Sequence record: PZ296778.1
Strand: one strand, 5' to 3'
DNA: 49,526 nucleotides
Source of the DNA: a phage
Shown here: piece after piece, positions 38,601 to 46,160 of the stretch
Layout of the letters: every line of letters starts with the position of its first letter
How positions within the stretch are numbered: the stretch's first letter is position 1
Translations under genes and position numbers: made by a program
Notes under the pieces: model-generated
The model's input: only the letters and a program-made list of their open reading frames with translations
Told to the model about the DNA's origin: nothing
Database searches by the model: none

Positions 38601-39314
38601 TTTGAGTTTGACTCAAAGACGGCGCGAGCAAAGCCGCGCGGAGTGAGGGAGCGGATCATCTTTGTGCGCGATGACTTGCCGCCAGTTTTGGCCCAGCCTG
38701 GATTATCTTTGTCTTCCTCTTTCGGCAGGATTAAAGCGCGTGGAGGAATAACAAAGCCGTTGCCAGTCCAGAGGCACGTTTTCTTAAAATAGCGATCACG
38801 CGCCGGAATAATATCAGGGAAGTCGGGATGTTTATCATCTTCCGGCAGATAGCCAGCGTAATCGCACGGATGGAACGTATAATCAGGCTTACGCCATAAC
38901 GTTGACAACTTGCCAACCGGATTTTCGATCATGTAAGGAACACCGAAATAATCAGCTATATCAGCCGCGATTCTGCAAGTGTCGGCGGCCTCATCCTGGA
39001 ACGATGGATTCTCAAGGCGTTTTTTGGCCCAATGGCGAGATCCGCTATTTGCAAGGTCGGTGCACGGCGGAAATGCCATAATAAAATCAGGATTGCCCCA
39101 CTCATTATTGATTGCCTTAACATAAAAAGCATCGTCAATCCAGACGTTAACGTATTCGATATTCTCATGCTGTATGCGCACTGACTGGTAATCACCGTGA
39201 TCGCCACCGTCAGCATTAAAGCAAATGCACTTATAGCCATTATCAGCCCAATCTTTAACGGCTTTACCAGATCCATCAAATAGGGAGAATATTAAACCTT
39301 TATACATCGTCATT
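38597..39314 (-). CDS. DNA cytosine-5 methyltransferase (small, putative)
   Basis: Motif I LFDGSG, catalytic PC motif AFPPCTD, ENV-like motif MIENPVG; start at MTMYKG after RBS gagg; stop TAG within motif copy R6. Confidence 0.6.
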
Positions 39315-39317
39315 ACC

Positions 39318-39542
39318 TCAAAACGGAAAACAGCGCGGACAACCAGGATCGAAATCGCATCCACAATCATTAACAATCATAGTGGGATCTGCAAATATTG
39401 CGCTTGATTCAAGATCCATATCCATATCACCTAAAGCCTCATCAAGAGTCTTAATTTTATATGCCACTTCAAGAGCCGCCTCTTTATTTAGTCCGGCATC
39501 TTCTGCCATTTGAAGGCGCTCAAAAAATCCGTCTTGACTCAT
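39318..39542 (-). CDS. acidic Cys-rich small protein
   Basis: 74 aa; highly acidic; C-terminal CGCDFDPGCPRC; immediately upstream of the methyltransferase. Confidence 0.4.
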   Translation of the reverse strand: MSQDGFFERLQMAEDAGLNKEAALEVAYKIKTLDEALGDMDMDLESSAIFADPTMIVNDCGCDFDPGCPRCFPF

Positions 39543-39656
39543 CGCATAATCCCCTTAATAACAGCCAAGATAATAGCCATGCCAGCAGCAGTAACCAAAA
39601 AGCCAACCGCGCCAATAATCGAATAAAAAAAGAAATCAATAGCCTTATCTATCATT
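39540..39656 (-). CDS. small hydrophobic protein (ORF below track threshold)
   Basis: About 38 codons read by eye (MIDKAIDFFFYSIIGAVGFLVTAAGMAIILAVIKGIMR); RBS gaggtg; stop overlaps the next start (ATGA). Coordinates approximate. Confidence 0.3.
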
Positions 39657-39696
39657 TCCACCTCATTTAAAAGGCGGCAAAACGCCGCCATATTAA

Positions 39697-39924
39697 TTAA
39701 AGAGCACGCCAACTTTGAATATAGAAAGCGTTTTCTTCCAGTAATTCTTTTAACTGATCTTTATTGTATTTGCGCACCTTACCGCCTGGATGGATACCAA
39801 TAAGATAGCCGCCTTTGCCCTCGGTGATAGTGATTTGGCTAATTCCACAAGACTTATCAAGTTTTACAGCCACGCGGTGATGAGCGTCAATAGTTGACAT
39901 AATGTTTAAAACTTTTGCTTTCAT
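39697..39924 (-). CDS. hypothetical protein
   Basis: 75-aa ORF followed by a hairpin plus T-run. Confidence 0.4.
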   Translation of the reverse strand: MKAKVLNIMSTIDAHHRVAVKLDKSCGISQITITEGKGGYLIGIHPGGKVRKYNKDQLKELLEENAFYIQSWRAL

Positions 39925-40032
39925 TTAAATATCCTCAATTGAAATATGAATGGCGTCGTGCTCTTTTTCCGTCGCCGCCGTAATGGTCATTTGCAACCGC
40001 TACCATCCAGGCATTTTTGAAAATAAATAGCC

Positions 40033-40245
40033 TCATTTCTTATTTTTCATCTTAAATTTATGGCCTAGAACACCAGCACCAATATAGCCATCGTTGTATT
40101 CCATTAAATAAAGGTGAAGGCCATTATCTGAAATTACATGAGGATCTTCTTTGAGATTTCCCATTAGCGGGTATTCTTTTCCGCGCGTAAATCTCCAAGT
40201 TGAGTCATAAGTTTCTACGCATTTAAGTTTTAATTGCTTTGCCAT
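40033..40245 (-). CDS. hypothetical protein
   Basis: 70-aa ORF; overlapping start/stop with the upstream gene. Confidence 0.4.
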   Translation of the reverse strand: MAKQLKLKCVETYDSTWRFTRGKEYPLMGNLKEDPHVISDNGLHLYLMEYNDGYIGAGVLGHKFKMKNKK

Positions 40246-40442
40246 TAGATGATCTCCATGTATGTTTCAAAGCCATTTAACTTGAACAGGCCGTTTTCAC
40301 ATTTGCGAACGTTCCAAGTTAGCCCTGAGTGGTACGCCTCCATATCATCAAGGTCAATGGTGATTTCAGCACCTTTCTTAAACAAACCTTTTTCGTGAGA
40401 CTTGTCGCGCTTAACAACTTTAACATCAACCTGATTTTCCAT
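40245..40442 (-). CDS. hypothetical protein (first gene of leftward early operon)
   Basis: Start moved to MENQVDV after RBS gagga; the track start at 40565 would read through motif copy R7 and its hairpin. Confidence 0.4.
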   Translation of the reverse strand: MENQVDVKVVKRDKSHEKGLFKKGAEITIDLDDMEAYHSGLTWNVRKCENGLFKLNGFETYMEII

Positions 40443-40496
40443 CTTTAAATCCTCGTTTGTTGTCGATGCGCTTACTATACCAATCAGCAGCGCATC

Positions 40497-40517
40497 GTTT
40501 TTAACAAAAAGTGCTAT
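40497..40517 (-). promoter_or_regulatory. conserved intergenic motif copy R7
   Basis: GTTTTTAACAAAAAGTGCTAT at the head of the leftward early operon; followed on the minus strand by hairpin GATGCGCT...AGCGCATC, RBS and ATG. Confidence 0.6.
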
Positions 40518-40565
40518 TTGACGGTTAGCACCAGGATTGTGATCGAAATAATCAAAAGTAATCAT

Positions 40566-41131
40566 TCGTAATCAAATCGCGTCAAAATGATGATTGCCTT
40601 TGCAAATTTGATGAGAAAAGCAATCACGTTTAATCATTGGTTGCAGGGGAGATAGTGAAACCTTCCCCTCTTGCCTCACTTTTCCGCCTGGCTGTCAGCG
40701 GTTGTTGTCTTTTGTTCACCCCTGTTACCGATTTCAGGCGGCGTGTTTCCGCGCGGTTTTCCGGTGTATCGAAAACGGAAAAAACAAAAAAAATCCTTTA
40801 TAATACATTGAAAATAAAGATTATTTATTTATATATATCTATAATGTTTTCTTTTTGTTCTCACTGTTACAGTGCTTTTTGTTGGGTGTGGTGTTGTTGT
40901 GTGTTGGTATATATGGATAGTTGCGCGCGCGGCGGATTGCATATGTATATATACTTTTTCCGGCGGATTGCGTTAACAGCGTGAACAGAAAAATAACAGC
41001 CCTGAAATCAATAACTTGCGCATGATTTTGTAGTTTTTCGATATTGGTAACGTTTTGAATACAACAAAAACATTGACACGCACCAAATAGCTTTTATAAT
41101 GCGCCAACAGTCAACAACTGGAGGAAAGGAA
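40566..41131. promoter_or_regulatory. AT-rich non-coding control region between divergent early operons
   Basis: About 565 bp; A-tracts shared with 21200-21694, direct repeat CGGCGGATTGC twice, GT-rich tract, consensus promoter at 41073; the track ORF 40637-40984 is judged spurious. Confidence 0.5.
41073..41100 (+). promoter_or_regulatory. consensus sigma70 early promoter for the rightward early gene array
   Basis: -35 TTGACA, 16-bp spacer, -10 TATAAT; A-rich upstream tract; about 30 nt before RBS ggagga and ATG at 41132. Confidence 0.65.
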
Positions 41132-41596
41132 ATGGAACAGAAGACCACTAAGGACTATTGCGATTGGCTTCGCGAACTTGGTCGCCGCCTGGCTAGTGGC
41201 GATATTGAAGAGTATAAAATGTCACTAATTGACCTGGCCGGAATGTTAAGCGGTGACGACTGCTACAAGATCACGCGCAGTTCATCCTACAGCCGGACCA
41301 TTATCAACCGCGTTCCAGAAGTAAGGGCCGCAGGTCGGGTAAGCATCAAGGTAGAGGAAACGGAAGATGATAAATTTTACGTTTTCCGCATGGTCCGCGA
41401 ATCGAAAAGGAAAATCATCACACCCGAAGAATTGCCAGCCATCAAGGCAAGGGCGATCAAAAAGTTTGCCGATCGCATACTGGCAGCAATCCCGAATATC
41501 GTTGACCTGGAAGGGGATAAACTGGCTGGGGCTTGCGAGGGCGTAAGCCGCTACCAGGATATGATCCGCGAAATCATCAAAGAGGAAGAGCAATGA
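41132..41596 (+). CDS. hypothetical protein (first rightward early gene)
   Basis: Start at MEQKTT after RBS ggagga, about 30 nt downstream of a consensus sigma70 promoter. Confidence 0.5.
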   Translation: MEQKTTKDYCDWLRELGRRLASGDIEEYKMSLIDLAGMLSGDDCYKITRSSSYSRTIINRVPEVRAAGRVSIKVEETEDDKFYVFRMVRESKRKIITPEELPAIKARAIKKFADRILAAIPNIVDLEGDKLAGACEGVSRYQDMIREIIKEEEQ

Positions 41597-41865
41597 AAAA
41601 GGCATTAATCAGCGTTTTGGCGGCAATGGCATTCCTGACCGGATGCAAAGAAGATGGCGCGCATGTTGGCAATGTGCAGATGGCTAACCCTGGCGATGAC
41701 TACAGCGTAAGGGAGCTATTCACCGCTGACGGTTGCACCGTTTACCGATTCTATGACGATCGCACTGTTTACTTCACCAACTGCAAGGGCACTACTAGCT
41801 GGGAAGTGTCGAAAAGCAATGGCAAAGGCACGAAGACAGAACATATGACCGTCGAGACAAAATAG
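41593..41865 (+). CDS. lipoprotein
   Basis: Start at MKKALIS (ATGA overlap); signal peptide plus lipobox LTGC; 90 aa; stop TAG is the start of motif copy F5. Confidence 0.55.
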   Translation: MKKALISVLAAMAFLTGCKEDGAHVGNVQMANPGDDYSVRELFTADGCTVYRFYDDRTVYFTNCKGTTSWEVSKSNGKGTKTEHMTVETK

Positions 41866-41881
41866 CACTTTTTGTTAAAAC
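41862..41881 (+). promoter_or_regulatory. conserved intergenic motif copy F5
   Basis: Exact 20-mer; TAG is the lipoprotein stop; followed by hairpin GCCAGGC...GCCTGGC. Confidence 0.65.
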
Positions 41882-41937
41882 GCCAGGCGCAAAGCCTGGC
41901 ATAATAGCCTCATCGAAACGAGATTGAGGAAACAAAA

Positions 41938-42123
41938 ATGGCACGTCGCATCACCAAAGACCTTAAAGTCCTGAACAAAGAAAACGTAGTTAAAATCCTT
42001 GTTATCTGGGGCTACAACGAAGAAACAGCAAAGCAGAAGGTAGAGGCAGGTTATGACCTGGCTGTAAAAGCAATGCCAAACGATGACGCCAAAGGCATTG
42101 CAAACTATGTAGCGTTCTTTTAA
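41938..42123 (+). CDS. hypothetical protein
   Basis: 61-aa ORF preceded by motif, hairpin and RBS gagga. Confidence 0.4.
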   Translation: MARRITKDLKVLNKENVVKILVIWGYNEETAKQKVEAGYDLAVKAMPNDDAKGIANYVAFF

Positions 42124-42138
42124 TTAGCAGGTGAATAG

Positions 42139-42324
42139 ATGAAAACGAAACTAGTCCATAAGTCAGAAATCAAGATCGGCGATACTGTGATTCACAACGG
42201 CGAGCTTAGAACGGTTGGCAAGGAGTCAATAAGCCACGATGAATTTATGGGGATCTTGTTGTTCGGTGACTCTTATCGTCTTGGTTACAAGATGGTTGAG
42301 CTTGTGGAAGAGGTCAAATTCTAA
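42139..42324 (+). CDS. hypothetical protein
   Basis: 61-aa ORF; stop TAA abuts motif copy F6. Confidence 0.4.
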   Translation: MKTKLVHKSEIKIGDTVIHNGELRTVGKESISHDEFMGILLFGDSYRLGYKMVELVEEVKF

Positions 42325-42344
42325 ATAGCACTTTTTGTTAAAAC
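42325..42344 (+). promoter_or_regulatory. conserved intergenic motif copy F6
   Basis: Exact 20-mer immediately after stop TAA. Confidence 0.65.
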
Positions 42345-42422
42345 TCGAAAACGATAACCAGGCATAATAAATCACATAGGGCGGCACGGCGTCGCCCACA
42401 AAACCAATCAGGAGAAAGCACC

Positions 42423-43316
42423 ATGTTAAAACTTGCTGACATTAAATTCCCGATCACCTTCGAATCTCGCGGCATTGGTCATTACATTTTTACCGATGAA
42501 AAAACATGCCATAAGGTTGATATGAATAGCGACAAACTAAGCCCATCAGACATGGAGATTGAACACTTTATTGATGCGCACAATACGCAGTACAACGCAC
42601 TTAAAGACTATGGCTATGCAATGCCAGGATATACCAGCTTCCACTACAAGCCATATAAAGGCCAGGTGTTGCCAGTGCGCTCACCGGAACGCGCAGAGAT
42701 TCCGATGGTCGAGATGAAAACATGCGACTATAAAAAGCTGTGGTGCTTAAGTGTTGACAATATCAAGTATCCGATCACGTTCTACACGGTTGGTAATTCA
42801 ACGATTCGATTCACATCGCGCGACAATGGCGTTTATAGCGATGGTACGAAATCAGAGTTGAAAGTTGATTTCTTTGTCAACGGTCACAATAGATACAATC
42901 CGCACAACGAAAAAGATAAAGTGTATTACGTGGAAGATATTACAAAACACTTATTTGGAGAAACTCCATTCGGCGGCGGTAAGACGTCAATTCAAAAAAT
43001 CATTGGCGATGAGATCCACAAAGCGGCTGCCGAAATGAAAGCGCCTGGAGGCTGGCGTATTGACAAGAGCGCCTTTGCCTATCAAGAAATCGTAACGCAG
43101 GGCGCAATTGAAGATATGCCAGTTGCAGCCACGCTAAAAGGAGTCCGGCTTGATGACGGCACCTGGTATGAAGTAACGGCTACGCCAAAGACGATCGAGA
43201 TTCATGATGACGTTGTTATCCTTCTGCTTCACTACGGCGGCTATAAAAACCGGACGATTGCAGGTGAGATCAGCATTAAGCGCGGAACGATGGTTAAGTG
43301 GAAGGTCAAAGTGTAA
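42423..43316 (+). CDS. hypothetical protein with internal domain duplication
   Basis: 297 aa; two related segments (LADIKFPITFESRGIGHYIFTD / VDNIKYPITFYTVGNSTIRFTS); RBS ggaga. Confidence 0.5.
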   Translation: MLKLADIKFPITFESRGIGHYIFTDEKTCHKVDMNSDKLSPSDMEIEHFIDAHNTQYNALKDYGYAMPGYTSFHYKPYKGQVLPVRSPERAEIPMVEMKTCDYKKLWCLSVDNIKYPITFYTVGNSTIRFTSRDNGVYSDGTKSELKVDFFVNGHNRYNPHNEKDKVYYVEDITKHLFGETPFGGGKTSIQKIIGDEIHKAAAEMKAPGGWRIDKSAFAYQEIVTQGAIEDMPVAATLKGVRLDDGTWYEVTATPKTIEIHDDVVILLLHYGGYKNRTIAGEISIKRGTMVKWKVKV

Positions 43317-43336
43317 ATAGCACGAATTGTTAAAAC
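43317..43336 (+). promoter_or_regulatory. conserved intergenic motif copy F7 (variant)
   Basis: ATAGCACGAATTGTTAAAAC after stop TAA; followed by hairpin GTGGGGCC...GGCCCCAC. Confidence 0.6.
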
Positions 43337-43389
43337 TCAAATGTGGGGCCAGGTATAATGGCCCCACTTTCAACGAAGGAGATAAAACG

Positions 43390-43611
43390 ATGTACATTAA
43401 AAAGAAGATGAAATGCATTTCCGTTAACTATGCTTGCTCTGGCATGTTCAATCCTGGCGAAATCTATACGGCGCAAAAACTGAAATCATCAACCGGATCT
43501 TTTTACGTGAGCAATAGTAAGGGGCATCGCATGTTCCTGAACGGCGGCGAAGGCACTAAGGTTATGGCACACGCTATGGTAATGGCTGAATTTGAGGAAG
43601 TGAAACAATGA
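43390..43611 (+). CDS. hypothetical small protein, paralog A
   Basis: Start at MYIKKK after RBS aaggag; shares FxPGxxY...FYLNG...AEFEE pattern with the next ORF. Confidence 0.45.
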   Translation: MYIKKKMKCISVNYACSGMFNPGEIYTAQKLKSSTGSFYVSNSKGHRMFLNGGEGTKVMAHAMVMAEFEEVKQ

Positions 43612-43853
43612 TCATTGAAAACAATTTTCTTTGCGTTAAGAGCAATAGACCATTCTTCACGCCTGGCAAGGTGTACCAGGGCAAGAAGGACACAAGAGAT
43701 GGTCACTCTTATCATGTTCACTGCAACAACGGATACAAGTTTTACCTTAACGGCGAGAATGGAACAGAGATCGTTGCGTTTGAAAACGTAGTTGCCGAGT
43801 TTGAGCAGATTACAGACGCGGAATTTGAGGAAGTGAAAGATGAAAACAAATAA
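43608..43853 (+). CDS. hypothetical small protein, paralog B
   Basis: 81 aa; ATGA overlap with paralog A. Confidence 0.45.
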   Translation: MIIENNFLCVKSNRPFFTPGKVYQGKKDTRDGHSYHVHCNNGYKFYLNGENGTEIVAFENVVAEFEQITDAEFEEVKDENK

Positions 43854-44061
43854 GCGCGTCAAGCACAGGTTTACTGATAACCACGGCGACGCGATTGATG
43901 TATACAAGTTTGGCGATCGAGTTTTTATTGATGGCACGTTTGAAGGTGGGCGTAGGCCGGATTTTAGGTCGATACTTACCGTTGACCAAGTGCGCAAGCT
44001 GGCAGATAAGTTAAATGATCTGGCAGATGAAATAGAATACAAGCAAATCCATTTTAATTGA
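43840..44061 (+). CDS. hypothetical protein
   Basis: 73-aa ORF overlapping the upstream stop. Confidence 0.4.
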   Translation: MKTNKRVKHRFTDNHGDAIDVYKFGDRVFIDGTFEGGRRPDFRSILTVDQVRKLADKLNDLADEIEYKQIHFN

Positions 44062-44072
44062 TAGGTTTTATA

Positions 44073-44612
44073 ATGAAAAAATACACTTTCGAACTATGGG
44101 GCAAGAAGTACGAATTAATCACCAGCAAGCCGATTGTTATCGTTGACCTGGACGGCACACTATCGGACGGATCGCATCGTTTGCATTTGCTGCCAACTGA
44201 AAACTTGCACCTTACGGAATCGTGGAGCGAATTTAACAGGGCCGCCGCCGGAGATTCACCGATTAAAAGCACGATCGCGGTTATTAACGGTTTGTGGGTG
44301 TCGGGATTTGCCATCGTCATCTTGACCGGACGCAGCGACGAGGTGCGCTATGAAACCTGCAAATGGTTGAATGAGAGCGGCGTGAAGTTTGACGAAATCA
44401 TCATGCGCCGCCAGGAGGACAACCGAAAGGATACGGTTATTAAAGAAGAAGCCTTGCGCGCTATTGGCCTGGAAAATATTGTTTGCGCCTTTGACGATTC
44501 GCCGAACGTTGTTAAGCACTTCCGCAGCCTGGGAATCACAACCTATCAGGTCACGGAATACGACAAGCCGCACGCTCACCTGCAATCTCACGGCGTGGAG
44601 TGTTTAAAATGA
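44073..44612 (+). CDS. HAD-superfamily phosphatase (polynucleotide 3'-phosphatase / nucleotidase-like)
   Basis: HAD motif I VDLDGTL, motif II VILTGR, motif IV AFDDSPNVV; start at MKKYTF (track start is TTG). Confidence 0.55.
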   Translation: MKKYTFELWGKKYELITSKPIVIVDLDGTLSDGSHRLHLLPTENLHLTESWSEFNRAAAGDSPIKSTIAVINGLWVSGFAIVILTGRSDEVRYETCKWLNESGVKFDEIIMRRQEDNRKDTVIKEEALRAIGLENIVCAFDDSPNVVKHFRSLGITTYQVTEYDKPHAHLQSHGVECLK

Positions 44613-44770
44613 CTTGGTTGCTTTTAATCTTTGTCACAAGTTACAACTCCGCAGCTATTGAGTCGCAGGAGTTCCACGGCGAATCAAGATGCCAGGAAGC
44701 GCGAAAGCAAGTTGTTCTCCACATGTCAGATAGTGGGAAGGATGTAACAGCGTTATGCGTTCGTAAATAG
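44609..44770 (+). CDS. small membrane protein (ORF below track threshold)
   Basis: About 53 codons read by eye (MTWLLLIFVTSYNSAAIES...); ATGA overlap with HAD gene stop; stop TAG is part of motif copy F8. Coordinates approximate. Confidence 0.3.
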   Translation: MTWLLLIFVTSYNSAAIESQEFHGESRCQEARKQVVLHMSDSGKDVTALCVRK

Positions 44771-44787
44771 CACTTTTTGCAAAAAAC
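44767..44787 (+). promoter_or_regulatory. conserved intergenic motif copy F8 (variant)
   Basis: ATAGCACTTTTTGCAAAAAAC; followed by hairpin GGGCTT...AAGCCC and RBS. Confidence 0.55.
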
Positions 44788-44842
44788 AGATCATCGGGCT
44801 TGCTGTATAGTAAGCCCATCAACAACAAACGAGGATTAAATC

Positions 44843-45106
44843 ATGGCTAACAAGATCGAGTTTTTTAAAGCTGTAGACATTATCGACGGCGCGCCTAGCT
44901 TCTTTGCTATCCATTCTATTGACGGCAATGATATTGGGTACAACGTTATCCGTCGAGATGGAATATCAAAAATTAGTGACCTGGTAGGCCATATTGTGTC
45001 AAACGGGAAATGCGCATGGCCCGATTCGCCACGAGAGCCGCGCCGCCGCGACATGGTAGAGCCTGTTCTGCTTTACACTCTGGTAGTAGAGGGAGAAAAT
45101 AAATGA
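44843..45106 (+). CDS. hypothetical protein
   Basis: 87-aa ORF preceded by motif, hairpin and RBS gagga. Confidence 0.4.
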   Translation: MANKIEFFKAVDIIDGAPSFFAIHSIDGNDIGYNVIRRDGISKISDLVGHIVSNGKCAWPDSPREPRRRDMVEPVLLYTLVVEGENK

Positions 45107-45288
45107 TTTTGTTACTTGCTTTTTTGGTTGTTTTTCTTTACATTTCAGGCTTATTCACGTTCCGCGCGTTTGTGAAATATTCTGGCACGACAGACAAGGA
45201 CGATAAAATCGTTCTCGCTTTCTGGTTTGTTTGGGTGTGGTTAGCAATTTACGAGATCATCAGAGACAAACAGAAATTTGAGTGGTGA
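45103..45288 (+). CDS. small membrane protein (two predicted TM helices)
   Basis: 61 aa; two hydrophobic segments; ATGA overlap with upstream gene. Confidence 0.4.
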   Translation: MILLLAFLVVFLYISGLFTFRAFVKYSGTTDKDDKIVLAFWFVWVWLAIYEIIRDKQKFEW

Positions 45289-45347
45289 TTCTTGCTATGG
45301 CGCATTCATGCAGTGCGCCATGTTGAGAAAACCTAAAGGGGGAGACG

Positions 45348-45497
45348 ATGCGTAACTTTGAAAAAATCATTACCAAAAAGAAGCGTCGCGGGTACGATGA
45401 GCATGTGGAGCTTGTGAAAAAGCAACGCAAGAAGCGCAACGAAGACAAGAAGCGCGGGAAAAAATTTAATGCGATTTTTCGCTATGGAGATCATTAA
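45348..45497 (+). CDS. small basic protein (ORF below track threshold)
   Basis: About 49 codons read by eye (MRNFEKIITKKKRRGYDEHVELVKKQRKKRNEDKKRGKKF...); RBS aaagggggag; ends just before the kinase start. Coordinates approximate. Confidence 0.35.
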   Translation: MRNFEKIITKKKRRGYDEHVELVKKQRKKRNEDKKRGKKFNAIFRYGDH

Positions 45498-45499
45498 TC

Positions 45500-46090
45500 A
45501 TGAAACGAGACATTATCATCCTTAATGGGCCGCCAGGTTGCGGGAAGGACACTATTGCAGCTTACCTAACGGGCCATCGTTACCCAGCGGTTAAGGCGTC
45601 ATTCAAACAGCCGATGTTCGATATTGCGTTTTCCATGCTTGGCCCGACTCGATATGATGAGTTTATTGACCTGTACAACGACCGAGATCAAAAAGAAAAG
45701 CCTCAAGTTATCTTAGGCGGCAAGTCACCTCGACAATTCATGATCTGGATTAGCGAGGATGTAATGAAGCCAGTCTTTGGGGATCACTATTTCGGGCGTC
45801 GAATGGTTGAAGAGATTCACGAGATGTACCGAGATTTAGCGGTTGTGATCAGCGATGGAGGATTCCCCGAAGAAGTCAAGCCGCTTGTTAAGGCAGGGCA
45901 TGAGGTGCATATTTGCCGATTGCATCGCGACGGCTTCACGTTTGCTGGCGATTCGAGAGACTACATTGACCTGAGCGGTTATCACTATCGAATCCATCAC
46001 TATGACTTCCACTTGCAGGACGGCAAGCCGGAACTGGCTGTAAGCGAGATCGTCAATGCAGTCAAATGGAAGCACACACAGATTAAATAG
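45500..46090 (+). CDS. P-loop kinase, dNMP-kinase-like
   Basis: 196 aa; Walker A GPPGCGKDT with GKDT as in T4-type dNMP kinases; stop TAG is part of motif copy F9. Confidence 0.5.
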   Translation: MKRDIIILNGPPGCGKDTIAAYLTGHRYPAVKASFKQPMFDIAFSMLGPTRYDEFIDLYNDRDQKEKPQVILGGKSPRQFMIWISEDVMKPVFGDHYFGRRMVEEIHEMYRDLAVVISDGGFPEEVKPLVKAGHEVHICRLHRDGFTFAGDSRDYIDLSGYHYRIHHYDFHLQDGKPELAVSEIVNAVKWKHTQIK

Positions 46091-46105
46091 CACGAATTGC
46101 TAAAC
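46087..46105 (+). promoter_or_regulatory. conserved intergenic motif copy F9 (variant)
   Basis: ATAGCACGAATTGCTAAAC; its TAG is the kinase stop codon. Confidence 0.55.
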
Positions 46106-46160
46106 GCGGGGCGCAATGCCTCGCTATAATGCAAACACCAATCAACGAGAGGAAACAATC

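Noticed and set aside
40245-40565. Track start at 40565 for the first leftward gene
   Set aside because: That reading frame runs through the conserved motif and its hairpin, and the start has no RBS. An internal ATG at about 40442 is preceded by gagga, so the shorter gene is preferred, without certainty.
40637-40984. 115-aa + strand ORF inside the AT-rich control region
   Set aside because: Low-complexity, Cys/Leu/Tyr-rich translation of AT- and GT-rich DNA with no RBS; it overlaps promoter-like and repeat elements.
45500-46090. Single-base disagreements between my hand-counted positions and the ORF track in a few places
   Set aside because: Attributed to my manual counting rather than to the sequence. 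ORF-track coordinates were treated as authoritative, and hand-derived coordinates should be read as accurate to about 2 bp.
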